From: a virus
Taxonomy: Duplodnaviria > Caudoviricetes
Length of the DNA stretch: 64,000 bases
Direction: 5' to 3' (one strand)
IMG/VR virus record: IMGVR_UViG_2784746785_000001
Coordinates: 11,017 to 75,016 of that record
Below, piece after piece: positions 1-10,613 of the stretch (positions are counted from its first letter, which is position 1; the number at the start of each line of letters is the position of its first letter). The notes under the pieces were generated by a model, which saw nothing but the letters and a program-made list of their open reading frames with translations, searched no databases and was not told the origin of the DNA. Position numbers and translations under genes: made by a program.

Positions 1-2195
1 ATCTTGATACCGTTGCAGACTGTCGTAATCGCGGTTTTGATGGCATTCCAGACGGTTGTGACGACAGTCTGAATGGCTGTGCATACCGTCGAAATCACAG
101 TCTTTATTGCGTTCCATATCGTGTTCACCACAGTCTGGATAGCTGTAAGAACGGTGGTAATGACCGTCTTGTAGATATTGAAGTAGGCTGTGACGACAGT
201 CTGTATCGCCGTAAAAATTGTGGTGAAGAATGTCTTGATGCCATTCCACACAGTCTGAATCACCGTGCTGATGGTGTTCATCACCGTTGTAACGATGCTC
301 TGTATTCCGTTCCACGCGCCGGACAGGAAGCTACTGATGCCGTTCATCGCGGAGGTGAACACGCCACTGATGGCAGTCCAGATGGTTGTGAAGAAGTCCT
401 TGATCGCTGTCCAGACGGTTATCGCGACTTCCTTGATGTTGTCCCAGAGGTTGATCCAGAAATTGCGGAAACTCTCGCAGTTGTTCCACAGGTAAATAAA
501 GGCCGCGACGAGCAGTCCAATTGCTGTAATGATGAGACCTATTGGATTCGCCGCTATTGCCGCGTTGAGCGCAGTCATGCCACCTTTAACTATATTGATT
601 GCAGATACGATCTTCGGCGCAAGCGTCATCAATGCCCCGACTCCTGTCGCCATCTTTCCAATGACGATCAGCACAGGACCGATGGCCGCCACGATTGCGG
701 TGATGGCCAGGATCATTTTCTGCATCGCCGGGTCCATGTTCATGATAGCGTTCATTACGTCGATGATCTTCTCCATCAGGCTCAGGAACGCCGGTGCGAC
801 TGCCTGACCGATGGTAACCGTCAGCACATCGAAGGTGGACTTGAGCTGCTCGATTGTACCGCCGGTGCCGCTCATCAGGGCGTTCGACATGTTCTCCGCC
901 GAGCCGCCGCAGTCGTCGAGCGCGTCGCGGAGAGACGACACCTCAGACGGTGAGGTCTGGATCAGCGTCAGCCACTTGGACATCTGTTCCTTGCCAAAGA
1001 TATTAGCGGCGGCTTCCAGCTTTTCCTGATCGGTCAGACCGGAGAACGCAGAGTTCAGATTTGCCAGCACGGTCGGCATGTCCTTGAGCGTGCCGTTTTC
1101 ATTGAAGATGGCGTAGGTCTGTCCGGTGGAAAGCCCGAGCTGATCCATTGCCGTCGCGCCTTCCTTGGCGGGAGAAGCGAGACGTGCGAGTCCTGTTTTC
1201 AGAGCGTTCGCACCTTCAGAACCGGAAATGCCCGCGTTTCCGAACACGTCAGTAATCGTCGCGAGATCCTTCACATCCCATCCGACGGTCTTGCAGATAG
1301 GCCCTGCAACGGACATTGCCTCGAAAAGCTCCGAGGTCGTGGTGTTCGCCTGTGCCTGCGCCTTGGCGAGAACGTCCGCGTAGTTTGCCGCTTCAGAGGA
1401 GTCCGCACCGAACATCTTCATGGCGTTGCCAAGTCCAGATGTGGTTTCGGAAAGATCCGTGCCAGTACCCGCGGCAAGGTTCATCGCCGGAGTCAGCATG
1501 TCGGTTGCTTCTTTTGCCGTGAAGCCCTGACGCGCGAAGTTCAAGGTGGCGTCGGCTGCGTCCTGCATGCCGTAGACAGATTCCTTCGCGGAGGTCCCGA
1601 TCTGGTCCCATAGTCCCTCGAAGTCCTCGACAGAGTTCGCTGTGTCGCCCATCGTCTGTTTGACGAGGTTGAACTGCTTGTCCACGTCGCCGTAGGCAGT
1701 GACTGCCGCTGTCGCTCCGGCCACAACGGGAGCAGTGAAGCCCATCGTCATTTTTGTTCCAGCACTGGAAAGGCTCTCGCCGACGGATTTGACCTTCTCA
1801 CCGGCTGCCGCAATCTTCTGTGCGGAGACGGAGCCGAAGTTCTCATATTCCTTGGTCAGGCTTTTGAGGTCTTGCTCGGTTTCGACGATTTCTCGCTGAA
1901 GCGCATCGTACTGGCTCTGGCTCATGTCGCCGTTTGCAAGAGCCTGATCTGCCTGTTTTGCTGCTTCCTTGAGCGCTTCAAGCCGCTCCTTAGTTGCGGC
2001 AATTTCAGTTTGAAGTCCTTTCTGCTTCTGGGAGAGGAGTTCCGTATTGCCAGGATCGAGCTTCAGGAGCTTGTTGACGTCCCGCAGGCTTTTCTGCGTA
2101 TTGCTGATCTGCTTGTCGACCGATTTGAGCGATTCGGTCAGCTTAGTGGTGTCGCCGCCGATCTCGACGGTGATGCCTTTGATTCTATTCGCCAT
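1..2195 (-). CDS. Phage tail tape measure protein (5' part; runs off the window)
   Basis: Manual translation from ATG 2195: [20 protein letters not shown]... Ala/Thr-rich, with periodic IW/VW repeats near 1-500. Follows the tail chaperones. Missing from the ORF track because it has no stop in the window. Confidence 0.92.
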   Translation of the reverse strand, partial: MANRIKGITVEIGGDTTKLTESLKSVDKQISNTQKSLRDVNKLLKLDPGNTELLSQKQKGLQTEIAATKERLEALKEAAKQADQALANGDMSQSQYDALQREIVETEQDLKSLTKEYENFGSVSAQKIAAAGEKVKSVGESLSSAGTKMTMGFTAPVVAGATAAVTAYGDVDKQFNLVKQTMGDTANSVEDFEGLWDQIGTSAKESVYGMQDAADATLNFARQGFTAKEATDMLTPAMNLAAGTGTDLSETTSGLGNAMKMFGADSSEAANYADVLAKAQAQANTTTSELFEAMSVAGPICKTVGWDVKDLATITDVFGNAGISGSEGANALKTGLARLASPAKEGATAMDQLGLSTGQTYAIFNENGTLKDMPTVLANLNSAFSGLTDQEKLEAAANIFGKEQMSKWLTLIQTSPSEVSSLRDALDDCGGSAENMSNALMSGTGGTIEQLKSTFDVLTVTIGQAVAPAFLSLMEKIIDVMNAIMNMDPAMQKMILAITAIVAAIGPVLIVIGKMATGVGALMTLAPKIVSAINIVKGGMTALNAAIAANPIGLIITAIGLLVAAFIYLWNNCESFRNFWINLWDNIKEVAITVWTAIKDFFTTIWTAISGVFTSAMNGISSFLSGAWNGIQSIVTTVMNTISTVIQTVWNGIKTFFTTIFTAIQTVVTAYFNIYKTVITTVLTAIQTVVNTIWNAIKTVISTVCTAIQTVVTTVWNAIKTAITTVCNGIK

Positions 2196-2213
2196 GCGGA
2201 TTCCTCCTCCCTA

Positions 2214-2378
2214 TTAAAATCTATCCATCATTTCCTGTGTCGCGATTTCCGGGTAGTCCCAGTCGTCGTTGCTCATTTCGGCGTACATGTCGTTGACGGT
2301 GCCGATGGTCAGCAGGTCAAGCTCCGAGACATGCAGTCCGATCTGCACGCAGCGCAAAAGAAAGAGCGGGGTAGTCAT
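2214..2378 (-). CDS. Tail assembly chaperone C-terminal (gpT-like) ORF
   Basis: Manual translation MTTPLFLLRCVQIGLHVSELDLLTIGTVNDMYAEMSNDDWDYPEIATQEMMDRF*. Lies in the -1 frame of the upstream chaperone. Confidence 0.8.
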   Translation of the reverse strand: MTTPLFLLRCVQIGLHVSELDLLTIGTVNDMYAEMSNDDWDYPEIATQEMMDRF

Positions 2379-2752
2379 TTCCCGCTCTGTCGCGCGATGT
2401 TTTTTTTAGCGGATACCTGCTGCTCGGTATTGATGCCCCACAGCTCGATAATCTGCGGCAGCACCTCGTAAATCGAGAACGTGTTGAAGCCGTCCAGCCA
2501 TTCCTCCGGCGTATCCGGAACGGCTGCATCCGCGTGCTTTGCCATCAGCCATGCGATGTTCTCGAACAGCTCCAGCGAGAATGTATCCAGACTGGAATTT
2601 TCCGAGTCGTTCTCGCTGATGCCTTTCTGAAGCTCATTCAGGTCGCGGTAGATGTCTCGGTGGAACTTGTTTCTGTAGAGGCGTGGAATCGCAGCCGATG
2701 CTCTGAATGTCACTGGCTGCCCGTCAATCGTGATAGTTTTCGTCACTGCCAT
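2375..2752 (-). CDS. Tail assembly chaperone (gpG-like)
   Basis: Located between the major tail and tape measure genes; slippery A AAA AAC near the 3' end. Confidence 0.8.
   Translation of the reverse strand: MAVTKTITIDGQPVTFRASAAIPRLYRNKFHRDIYRDLNELQKGISENDSENSSLDTFSLELFENIAWLMAKHADAAVPDTPEEWLDGFNTFSIYEVLPQIIELWGINTEQQVSAKKNIARQSGK
2399..2407 (-). other. -1 programmed ribosomal frameshift site (A AAA AAC)
   Basis: Frame 0 GCT AAA AAA AAC. A -1 slip reads KKKHRATEREMTTPL, in frame with ORF 2214-2378. Confidence 0.8.
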
Positions 2753-2755
2753 CGT

Positions 2756-3379
2756 TTACTCCTCCTCTGTCGAATAGCTCATGTTTGCCTTTTCGCCGGA
2801 CGAGGTGGTCGTGGTGTCGCTTGGCTCGTAGACTTTGTCGTACCAGGCGTTGTAAACCGCGTCCGTGGTGTTCGTGCCGGTCTTGACCTTCACGAGTCCA
2901 GAAGGCAGCGGCGATACGGTGATGGAAAGCGTGTCCGTCTGTACCTCGGTCGAGTCTTCCTTGGTCTGACCTGAAACGGACGGTCTCGTCGCGGAGCAGT
3001 AGTACATACAGTGGCGGATCTTTCGCTGGTCGCCGGAAAATTCGAATAGCAGCGCGAAATGCTCCGGCTCCACATCCTTGTTCTCGGCAATCACGCCGTT
3101 CGCGTCCTCGGTCTCGTGCATCACGTCGGTGAGGAAGCTTTCCGGGATGAGTGCCAGCTCAAAGTCGCCGGAATATCCGTTGTTGTTGCTGACCATGTAA
3201 TAAACCGTGTCGTCGGCGTAGAACGGCTCGTTGTCGCCCTCGGCGTCAAGGGAAAGACTGACCGCGCCGGGCATCGCCACAGGCGTGCCGAATGTCACCG
3301 TTCCATCCTCGGCAAGCGTCGCGATCGCGTAGTGGCAGTTCTTCAGGCCAAACTTGACCTTGTTCTTCTTATTAGCCAT
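2756..3379 (-). CDS. Major tail protein (phi13 family)
   Basis: KNKVKFGLKNCHYA...PGAVSLSLDAEG...FYADD...FALLFEF signature; position in the tail module. Confidence 0.88.
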   Translation of the reverse strand: MANKKNKVKFGLKNCHYAIATLAEDGTVTFGTPVAMPGAVSLSLDAEGDNEPFYADDTVYYMVSNNNGYSGDFELALIPESFLTDVMHETEDANGVIAENKDVEPEHFALLFEFSGDQRKIRHCMYYCSATRPSVSGQTKEDSTEVQTDTLSITVSPLPSGLVKVKTGTNTTDAVYNAWYDKVYEPSDTTTTSSGEKANMSYSTEEE

Positions 3380-3384
3380 ATTCT

Positions 3385-3720
3385 TTAACCTCCAATAATC
3401 TGTGTTTGGTAGAGAACCTCGTACATCTTCTCGTCCTCGATCCAGACCTCCGACTTCTCATACGGCAATTCGTGAGAGGTGAGAATGTCCTCGATTTTCG
3501 ATTCAGTGTCCGGGTCCTTTTTGTCTGTGTAAAGCTCGATGTTCAGCTCGTCGACCTTCTGCCAGACCACGTTGTCCGCGAAAATGTTGTCCGTTCCCGG
3601 AAACAGGAAGCAGATGAACGGCGGGTCCGGAGACTCGCCCTCGGCAAAGTGGTCGTAGGCGACGGGAAGTCCGGCTTCCTCGAGCATGGTTACGATCTCG
3701 TCATAGTTCATAGGCGTCAT
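3385..3720 (-). CDS. Tail terminator/completion protein
   Basis: LPVAYDHFAEGESPDPPFICF...WIEDEKMYEVLY; lies between the gp10-like and major tail genes. Confidence 0.7.
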   Translation of the reverse strand: MTPMNYDEIVTMLEEAGLPVAYDHFAEGESPDPPFICFLFPGTDNIFADNVVWQKVDELNIELYTDKKDPDTESKIEDILTSHELPYEKSEVWIEDEKMYEVLYQTQIIGG

Positions 3721-4097
3721 CCTTTCAGTTTGGATTCAATCTCGCGCACCAGCTTCTCATTGCCTGCCTGCTCGGCAGGAGCGATATGCGGTCTTGCGGC
3801 CACACGGCCTCCGCCGCGCTTGGCGTGACCATGCTCCAGAAGGTGCGCAATCTGATAGCGGTTCCGCGAATGAACCACCATGTCGATGGAGTCCGCACTT
3901 TCGCTGACGGTCTTGACCGACCATGACTTCTTGTACTTGCCGGTACGCACAGGAGCGTTCGCCTGAATATCCTTGCGGACGGATTTCGCCGTATCCCTGA
4001 CCGCATCCTTCATGTCGTCGGCGGCAAGGTCGGCGTATTCCTGCAGGCCCTTCATCACGGCGTCACGCAGGCCGTCAATTGATACCTTCTCGTTCAT
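3717..4097 (-). CDS. HK97 gp10-family neck protein
   Basis: Start taken at MNEKVSIDGL; APVRTGKYKKSW...HLLEHGHAKRGGGRV motif. Confidence 0.85.
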   Translation of the reverse strand: MNEKVSIDGLRDAVMKGLQEYADLAADDMKDAVRDTAKSVRKDIQANAPVRTGKYKKSWSVKTVSESADSIDMVVHSRNRYQIAHLLEHGHAKRGGGRVAARPHIAPAEQAGNEKLVREIESKLKG

Positions 4098-4432
4098 GTC
4101 GTTTTCTCCAATGCGCAGTTGAATTTCAGCGTGTTCTTCTTGTAGCCCATCGGGTTCACATAGGTGATGTTGTACGTTTTGCCTTCCGCGAGAATCCGGT
4201 ACTTCGTGGAGACGACCTCGGCAAGCTCGGAGCACCAGCGGCAGGTGAAGTTCAGCGATTCCTCCGAGTTGATCACCTCGCCGGAAGTCTCCGAACCGTA
4301 GGAGTCCGTACCGACCGTCGCCCAGCACTTGAAGTAGTCTGTCCACGACGCCGTATGGTTTCCGTACTTGTCCGTGGTTATTTCATTCTTCTGGAATGTG
4401 ACCGGCACACGCATATTGGCGATCTTCATCAA
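4094..4432 (-). CDS. Phage head closure protein (SPP1 gp16-like)
   Basis: DKYGNHTASWTDYFKCWATV...YRILAEGKTYNI; synteny. Confidence 0.8.
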   Translation of the reverse strand: MMKIANMRVPVTFQKNEITTDKYGNHTASWTDYFKCWATVGTDSYGSETSGEVINSEESLNFTCRWCSELAEVVSTKYRILAEGKTYNITYVNPMGYKKNTLKFNCALEKTT

Positions 4433-4716
4433 AATCCCTCCTTGCGCACGCCGAACAGAAGCGCCCGGAGCGTCAGATTCAGCTGATTGTGGTCAGCGTC
4501 CTCGCGGTGCTCGTACAGGTACGCCACGGTGTAGAGAATGGCAATGCGCATGCGGATGAGGATTTTCTCCTCGCTTGCCTCCCATTCCTCGTCAGAGTAG
4601 CGGGCGATGTCCTGAACGGTCGCGGTGGCCGATGTTATGAGATTCTGGATCAGCTCGTCCTCATCGGAAGAACTAACTCGCAGATAGGTTTTTGCTTCCT
4701 CAAGCGTTACTTCCAT
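4429..4716 (-). CDS. Head-tail connector (gp6-like)
   Basis: MEVTLEEAKTYLRV...DELIQNLI...YLYEHRE. Confidence 0.88.
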   Translation of the reverse strand: MEVTLEEAKTYLRVSSSDEDELIQNLITSATATVQDIARYSDEEWEASEEKILIRMRIAILYTVAYLYEHREDADHNQLNLTLRALLFGVRKEGF

Positions 4717-4739
4717 GAGACACCTCCAATAAAAGTGAA

Positions 4740-4764
4740 GCGGACACCCGTAATGGATGCCCGC
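4740..4764 (-). terminator. Putative intrinsic terminator after the capsid gene
   Basis: Minus-strand stem GCGGGCATCC/GGGTGTCCGC followed by TTCACTTTT. Confidence 0.5.
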
Positions 4765-4784
4765 CCACAACAAAGCGAAATCAA

Positions 4785-5990
4785 TCAGCCCGCCGCCTTG
4801 ACGGAAAGACCGCGCACGGCTTCCGGCAGGATCAGCTTGCCATCTACGCGCTCAGACGCGAGGAATCCGATCTGGCCGTTCGCCGCGTAGAGCTCCGACA
4901 GGCGCTTGAAGGAGCGTCCCTGACGGTCGGCAATCCAGTAATAGGAGAAGTCTCCGAACAGGATCGGCACATTTCCGGCTGCCAGCTCCGGCGCGTAGAT
5001 GCTCGTGTGGTACGGACGGTTCAGGATGGTATCCGGCTGACCGGCTACGACGCTCGGCTGCCAGATGTAGTTTCCGTTGCCGTCCTTGATCTTGCGCAGC
5101 GCCTTGACGGTGGAGTCGTTCAGAATCCACACAGCGCGGTTGCGGTAGACCGAACGCAGGGAGTGGAACACGTCCATGATCTGGTCGAAGGTGAGGTTCG
5201 TGTTCGCGATCTCCGTGGTCGCGCCATCGGTCGCCTTGACCTTGGTGAAGACGCCCTCAGGCTTCTTCTGGCCGTCGCCGACGAGGAACGCCTCCTCCTC
5301 GGCGGCACCGATGCGCCGCGCGAACTCGGTGGAGATGTAGCTCTCGAGGTCGAAGACGGAGTCGTTCATCAGCTCCTCGGATACCTTGATCGCCGTTCCC
5401 AGCTTGTACGCGGAAAGCGTGATCTGGTCGAAGGTGTCGTCGGATTCCGGATAGAGCCCATTCTCCTCCATCCAGCTTGCCGTTCCGTGAGATGCGACAA
5501 TCGGAATCGTGTGCGTTCCGCTGTCGGTCTGAATGACGTGCGCGAGACTTCTGAAGAAGTTCTCGTCGGTCAGCGCCTGCACCAGCTGATGCTCGTACTC
5601 ATCCGGTACGAGGTACCCGCCGTTCGCGTCAGTGCCGACTTCGAGTACATTCTGTACGTCGTACCAGTTGCGCTTGCGGATCGAATCCCAGAAGGCGGTC
5701 TTGTACGCCTTGGAAGCAATGCCGGGCTTGTCGTCCGGTTCGTCCTTGGCACCGGGCTTGCCGGTGAGCGGTGCGGATGTCGGCGCGGAGAGCATCTTGT
5801 CGATCTGCTCCTGTCGCTGCAGGCGCTCGATGTCGTGCGTCAGATCGGTGACTTCCTTTTCCATCTTGTCGTAGGTGGCGGCGTCCTCCGCGGATACGTT
5901 GCCGCCGTTATCGGAGTGGGTGTCGAGAAAGTTCTTAGCCGCGTCCCACGCCTTGGCGCGTCTGTCCATGAGTTCCATAATCTTGGTCAT
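4785..5990 (-). CDS. Major capsid protein, HK97 family
   Basis: Coiled-coil delta domain; GGYLVPDE, YKLGTAIKVSEELMNDS, FGDFSYYWIADR and RVDGKL motifs. Confidence 0.95.
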   Translation of the reverse strand: MTKIMELMDRRAKAWDAAKNFLDTHSDNGGNVSAEDAATYDKMEKEVTDLTHDIERLQRQEQIDKMLSAPTSAPLTGKPGAKDEPDDKPGIASKAYKTAFWDSIRKRNWYDVQNVLEVGTDANGGYLVPDEYEHQLVQALTDENFFRSLAHVIQTDSGTHTIPIVASHGTASWMEENGLYPESDDTFDQITLSAYKLGTAIKVSEELMNDSVFDLESYISTEFARRIGAAEEEAFLVGDGQKKPEGVFTKVKATDGATTEIANTNLTFDQIMDVFHSLRSVYRNRAVWILNDSTVKALRKIKDGNGNYIWQPSVVAGQPDTILNRPYHTSIYAPELAAGNVPILFGDFSYYWIADRQGRSFKRLSELYAANGQIGFLASERVDGKLILPEAVRGLSVKAAG

Positions 5991-6009
5991 AATCGTTATC
6001 CTCCATTCA

Positions 6010-6756
6010 TTAGTGGCTGAGAAGCGAGAGCCGCTTCTCAAGATCTGCGACCTTCACGGTCTGTGTCTTTATTTCGGGTTTGCGTTTCGGTATCAGCTTC
6101 GAGAGCAGGGAATCCGTGACGGCTTTCCGGGAGAAAAGCATCTCGACTTCGCCGTCATCAGGCTCGTCGCCCTCGGTGCTTTCGTCGGGCTCGGTTCCGT
6201 CCGCGAACAGGATCTCGTCGGCGAATCCGAGCTTCTTGGCTTCCTTAGCGTTCATCCAGGTCTCAGCGTCCATGAGCTTGCTGATCTTGTTCCGGGAGAG
6301 ACCGGACTTGATCTCGTAGGCGTTCATGATGGATTCCTTGACCTCGGACAGCATGTCGATGGCTTTCTGCATTTCTTCCGAATCGCCGATTGCGATGGTC
6401 GCGGGATTATGCACCATCAGCATCGCGACCGGACTCATGCAGACCTTCGTTCCCGCCATTGCGATGACGCTTGCCGCCGAAGCCGCGAGCGCGTCGATCT
6501 TGACGGTCACCTCATACGGGTAGTCCATCAGCATGTTGTAGATCTGCGCCGCCGCGAAGACGTCGCCGCCGGGCGAATTGATCCAGAGCGTGATGTTGCC
6601 TTTTCCGCTGTTCAGCTCGTCCTTGAAGACCTGCGGCGTGACTTCGTCGCCGTACCAGGTCTCATCGGATATTTCCCCGTCGAGGTAGAGCGTGCGGTCG
6701 CTGCCGAAGCTGTCCGGCGTTTCGTTTCTGGTCCATCGCCAGAATTTTCTTGTCAT
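6010..6756 (-). CDS. ClpP-type prohead protease
   Basis: WINSPGGDVFAA, AASAASVIAMAG, MVHNP, ETWMNAKEA. Confidence 0.93.
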   Translation of the reverse strand: MTRKFWRWTRNETPDSFGSDRTLYLDGEISDETWYGDEVTPQVFKDELNSGKGNITLWINSPGGDVFAAAQIYNMLMDYPYEVTVKIDALAASAASVIAMAGTKVCMSPVAMLMVHNPATIAIGDSEEMQKAIDMLSEVKESIMNAYEIKSGLSRNKISKLMDAETWMNAKEAKKLGFADEILFADGTEPDESTEGDEPDDGEVEMLFSRKAVTDSLLSKLIPKRKPEIKTQTVKVADLEKRLSLLSH

Positions 6757-8108
6757 AGGGGCTTCCTCCTTTCCCGGAGCCGGTCACCGGACTCCGACTG
6801 TTCCTGTGATTCTTCCGATTTCTCGGTCGATTCTTGTTCTTCATTGGGTTGTTCCTCCGTTTCTGTTGAAGCTGATGCTGCGAAGATTCCGGCATCCTCG
6901 AGCTTGGTCATGTTGCCGTTGATGAGATACAGGTCGCCGCCCTTGTTCTCCGGAATGCGGTCGAGATTTTCAAGCTCGCGTATGTCGTTTGCCGACATCC
7001 ATCCGTTCTGCCTTGCAGTGGCGTAGCCGTTCATGCGGCTCTGATAGTCGCCTCTGAGCAGACCGTCCACGTTGAACTTGAAGAAGTAGTCCTTCTTCTC
7101 CTCGGGACGGAGCAGTGCTCTGCGCATCGACTGTTCCCAGCGGGATACCCACGGGTCGAGCGTGTACTTTACGAATTCCAGCGACTGCTGCTCGATATTC
7201 GAGTAGCTCGATTTATCGAGGTCACCGATCATGTGCGGCGGGATACGGAATATTCTCGCGATCTCGTCTATCTGGAACTTGCGCGTCTCAAGGAACTGCG
7301 CCTGCTCCGGGCTGATGCTGATTGGCGTGTATTTCATGCCTTCTTCGAGCACTGCGACCTTGTTGGAATTGGCAGAGCCGCCGAAGGCTGAGTTCCAGCT
7401 TTCACGGACTCGCTCCGGATCTTTGACCACGCCGGGATGCTCCAGAATGCCGCCCGGCGTCGCGCCATTGGCAAAGAACTTACTGCCGTACTCCTCGGTG
7501 GCAATGGCAAGCCCTATGGCGTTCTTGGCCATCGCAATCGGCGAGTAGCCGACTAAGCCGTCGAAGCCGAGACCGGGAATATGCAGCACATCCATCGGAG
7601 ACAGCCTTACCAGACTGCCTTTCATGGTGTGCGCCTCGTCTGTCGAGGTCTGGTATTCGTAGTAGAGCTGCCCGTTTTCGTCGCGATCGACCGTCATGCG
7701 GTTCGGCATCAGCGGATAGAGGGCCACGACGTCGCCCTTGCCGTTTCGGATGATCTGCGCGTAGGCGTTGCCCCACAGGAGCAGGTGCGTCATAAGCGTC
7801 TCCCGGAACACGAACGACGTCATCTCAGGATTCGGCTCGTCGTGCAGAAGCTCATAGAGCGGATGGTCGATGGCTTTTTCCTTCGAGCCGTTCTCTGCGT
7901 ATCTGTACAAATGCAATGGAAGCCCGGCTATCGCCTCGGACAGAATCCGGACGCAAGAGTAGACCGCCGTCATCTGCATGGCGGATCGCTCCGTCACGGC
8001 TTTGCCGCTTGTCGTTCCTCCGAAGAAGAAGCGGTACGAGCTGCCCGCTGTGCTGTCCTTGGGAGCGTCGCGCCCTCGAAACCATCTGTTGAATATGCTC
8101 ATTGCCAC
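6753..8108 (-). CDS. Portal protein, HK97 family
   Basis: AVYSCVRILSEAIAGLP, LLLWGNAY, GLVGYSPI, ARIFRIPPHMIG, SNIEQQSLEF. Confidence 0.95.
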   Translation of the reverse strand: MAMSIFNRWFRGRDAPKDSTAGSSYRFFFGGTTSGKAVTERSAMQMTAVYSCVRILSEAIAGLPLHLYRYAENGSKEKAIDHPLYELLHDEPNPEMTSFVFRETLMTHLLLWGNAYAQIIRNGKGDVVALYPLMPNRMTVDRDENGQLYYEYQTSTDEAHTMKGSLVRLSPMDVLHIPGLGFDGLVGYSPIAMAKNAIGLAIATEEYGSKFFANGATPGGILEHPGVVKDPERVRESWNSAFGGSANSNKVAVLEEGMKYTPISISPEQAQFLETRKFQIDEIARIFRIPPHMIGDLDKSSYSNIEQQSLEFVKYTLDPWVSRWEQSMRRALLRPEEKKDYFFKFNVDGLLRGDYQSRMNGYATARQNGWMSANDIRELENLDRIPENKGGDLYLINGNMTKLEDAGIFAASASTETEEQPNEEQESTEKSEESQEQSESGDRLRERRKPL

Positions 8109-8184
8109 ACCTCCATTTGATTAAGGGCCTCCCGCAGCAGCAGGAAGCCCAATAGTGAAATCAGAATCATTCATTTGTCCTCAT

Positions 8185-9792
8185 TCAGATAAAAAGAATG
8201 CCTCTCGAATCGTAAACGGAGGCAGCATTGTCATTGCCCATTCGTATCGCCCTGTCGAGCGCCATGATCGTGGCGATTGCGCCGTCGATCTTCTCCGTGG
8301 ATTTCTCCTTGTCGGCCTTAATGTTGCCCGCCGGATCGGTTCGGATGAAGATGTTGTCCATCATCCAGCGGAGCACCGGATGGCCTCCATGTGCTATTCG
8401 TTTCTCCAAGACCAGCTTCATCAGCTCCTTGGTCGGCGGAGACATGTCCTTGAAGCCCTGTCCGAAGGGAACGACGGTGAAGCCCATGCCCTCGAGATTC
8501 TGCACCATCTGGACGGCTCCCCAGCGGTCGAATGCGATCTCGCGGATGTTGAACCGTTCGCCGAGGTTCTCGATGAACTTTTCGATGTATCCGTAGTGGA
8601 TGACATTGCCCTCGGTCGTTTCGAGGACGCCTTGTTTCTGCCAGAGGTCGTAGGGAACGTGATCGCGCCGGACGCGCAAATCCAATGTGCCCTCCGGCAC
8701 CCAGAAGTATGGGAGAACCACATATTTGTCGTCCTCATCCTGCGGCGGGAAGACCAGCACGAACGCTGTAATATCCGTCGTGGATGACAGGTCGAGTCCG
8801 CCGTAGCAGACGCGGCCTTCCAAATCGTCCTCATCCACCGGGAATGCGCAGGCATCCCATTTGTCCATTGGCATCCACCTGACAGACTGTTTCACCCACT
8901 GGTTCAGGCGAAGCTGCCGGAATGCGTTCTCCTCACCGGGATTCTGCTTTGCCGATTCGCACGCGGCTTTGACCTTGTCGATGCCGACCGTGATACCAAG
9001 GCTCGGATTGGCTTTCTTCCAGACCTTCGGGTCGGTCCAGTCCTCGGACTCGTCCGCTCCGAAGATGACCGGGTAGAAGGTCGGATCGTGCTTCCTGCCG
9101 TTCATGATGTCGAGCGCTTTCTGGTGCTGCTCATAGCAGATCGACTGCGTATCATTCCCGGCAGTCGTGATCAGGAAGAACAGCGGCTGCATCCGCGCGT
9201 CGCCGGAGCCCTTGGTCATAACATCAAAGAGCTTCCGGTTCGGCTGCGTGTGCAGCTCGTCAAAGATCACGCCATGCGTATTGAATCCATGCTTGTTTGC
9301 CACATCGGCGGAGAGCACCTGGTAGAAGCTGTGCGTCGGCAGGTATTCGAGCCGCTTCTGCGATTCGAGGATCTTCACGCGCTTTGAGAGTGCCGGGCAG
9401 AAGCGCACCATATCGACTGCCACGTCAAAGACGATCTTGGCCTGATTCCTGTCAGCCGCGCAGCCGTACACCTCGGCACGCTCCTCGCCGTCTCCGCAGG
9501 TGAGCAGCAGCGCGATCGCAGCGGCAAGCTCCGACTTGCCTTGCTTCTTCGGAATCTCGACGTAGGCGGTGTTGAACTGCCGGTAGCCGTTCTCCTTAAT
9601 CACGCCGAACAGGTCGCGGACGATCTGCTCCTGCCAGTCGATCAGCTCGAAGGGCTTTCCGGCCCAGGTTCCCTTGGTATGGCAGAGCTGCTCGATGAAC
9701 AGGCAGGCGTAGTCGGCAAGATTCTCGTCGTAATGGGAGGTCTTCTCCATGAACCGCGTGACCTTGTATTTCTTCAGTTTCCGTACTGCCAA
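8185..9792 (-). CDS. terL: Terminase large subunit
   Basis: Walker A EIPKKQGKSEL, Walker B VIFDELH, nuclease GGLDLSSTTD and EKIDG. TTG start inferred from RBS GGGAGTG. Confidence 0.95.
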   Translation of the reverse strand: MAVRKLKKYKVTRFMEKTSHYDENLADYACLFIEQLCHTKGTWAGKPFELIDWQEQIVRDLFGVIKENGYRQFNTAYVEIPKKQGKSELAAAIALLLTCGDGEERAEVYGCAADRNQAKIVFDVAVDMVRFCPALSKRVKILESQKRLEYLPTHSFYQVLSADVANKHGFNTHGVIFDELHTQPNRKLFDVMTKGSGDARMQPLFFLITTAGNDTQSICYEQHQKALDIMNGRKHDPTFYPVIFGADESEDWTDPKVWKKANPSLGITVGIDKVKAACESAKQNPGEENAFRQLRLNQWVKQSVRWMPMDKWDACAFPVDEDDLEGRVCYGGLDLSSTTDITAFVLVFPPQDEDDKYVVLPYFWVPEGTLDLRVRRDHVPYDLWQKQGVLETTEGNVIHYGYIEKFIENLGERFNIREIAFDRWGAVQMVQNLEGMGFTVVPFGQGFKDMSPPTKELMKLVLEKRIAHGGHPVLRWMMDNIFIRTDPAGNIKADKEKSTEKIDGAIATIMALDRAIRMGNDNAASVYDSRGILFI

Positions 9793-9908
9793 TGGAAAAT
9801 CACTCCCTTCATGGCATAAAAATAACCGCATCGCTGCGGCTTCTATCAGTACGAGAGCGAGAGCCCGGTTGGGCTCTGCTTTCGGAATATTCAAATTCAG
9901 GTTGATGC

Positions 9909-10136
9909 TTAGTTGTACTGCTTCATGAGTACCGCGTAGGCAAGCTGACTGGCTTCGTCCTCGGGCTCGATGTCCCATCCGCGGTCGTAGTTGAGTGTGA
10001 CCTTGCCGCCGACACGCAGTTCCATCTTGGAAATGCGTCCGCCGTCGATTCCGTAATCCTCGGAAGGCTCCGGGTAGTGCTTTACCCAGTACTTTACAAC
10101 CGCTCCTTCGATGAGCAGTGATCCTTTTTCCCACAT
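9909..10136 (-). CDS. Small conserved phage hypothetical protein
   Basis: MWEKGSLL...YGIDGGRISK...NYDRGWD; RBS GGAGG. Confidence 0.75.
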   Translation of the reverse strand: MWEKGSLLIEGAVVKYWVKHYPEPSEDYGIDGGRISKMELRVGGKVTLNYDRGWDIEPEDEASQLAYAVLMKQYN

Positions 10137-10150
10137 TGTCTTGTCCTCCT

Positions 10151-10477
10151 TCAGGCTTTTCTGACTTCGACCAGCCATCCGGTAGTCGGGTGCTGTTCGC
10201 CGGTTTCCTTTTCCGTTACCATCCAGTCTTCGTCGATGAAGCAAAGGTGCTTTCCGACCTTGATGAAGCGGATGCTCTCGAATCCGGGAATGTTGCAGCG
10301 GATGACCTTTGCGCTGCGACTTTCTCCGTCGTAGCTTTTGCCGTCCCAGCCGTTGAAGGTGAAGCGGATGCTTTCCTTTGTCTTTGTGAAGGCTTCCTCG
10401 AAATCCTCCCGGCTGATGCTGGTGTTGTAATCTCCAAGTGTGAAGTGGCTTCTGAGTTCGTCGTAAATGTTTGTCAT
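10151..10477 (-). CDS. Hypothetical protein
   Basis: MTNIYDELRSH... with RBS GGAGG; downstream of repeated promoter copy 1. Confidence 0.7.
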   Translation of the reverse strand: MTNIYDELRSHFTLGDYNTSISREDFEEAFTKTKESIRFTFNGWDGKSYDGESRSAKVIRCNIPGFESIRFIKVGKHLCFIDEDWMVTEKETGEQHPTTGWLVEVRKA

Positions 10478-10502
10478 GGTGGTTTCCTCCGTTTGCTTTG
10501 TT

Positions 10503-10553
10503 TTCCCTTTCGGTGTGTACATATATCACTCTGAACGGCCTTTATAGCAAGTC
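10503..10553 (-). promoter_or_regulatory. Repeated promoter/operator element, copy 1
   Basis: Minus strand CTTGCTAT-N11-AGAGTGATRTATANACAY-CCGAAAGG, also found near 11114-11164 and 12417-12468. Confidence 0.7.
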
Positions 10554-10613
10554 GTTTCCGGAGAATATATGTGACAATCTTCAGGGCAGTTTCGGCGGAG
10601 AAAATTGTATAGT

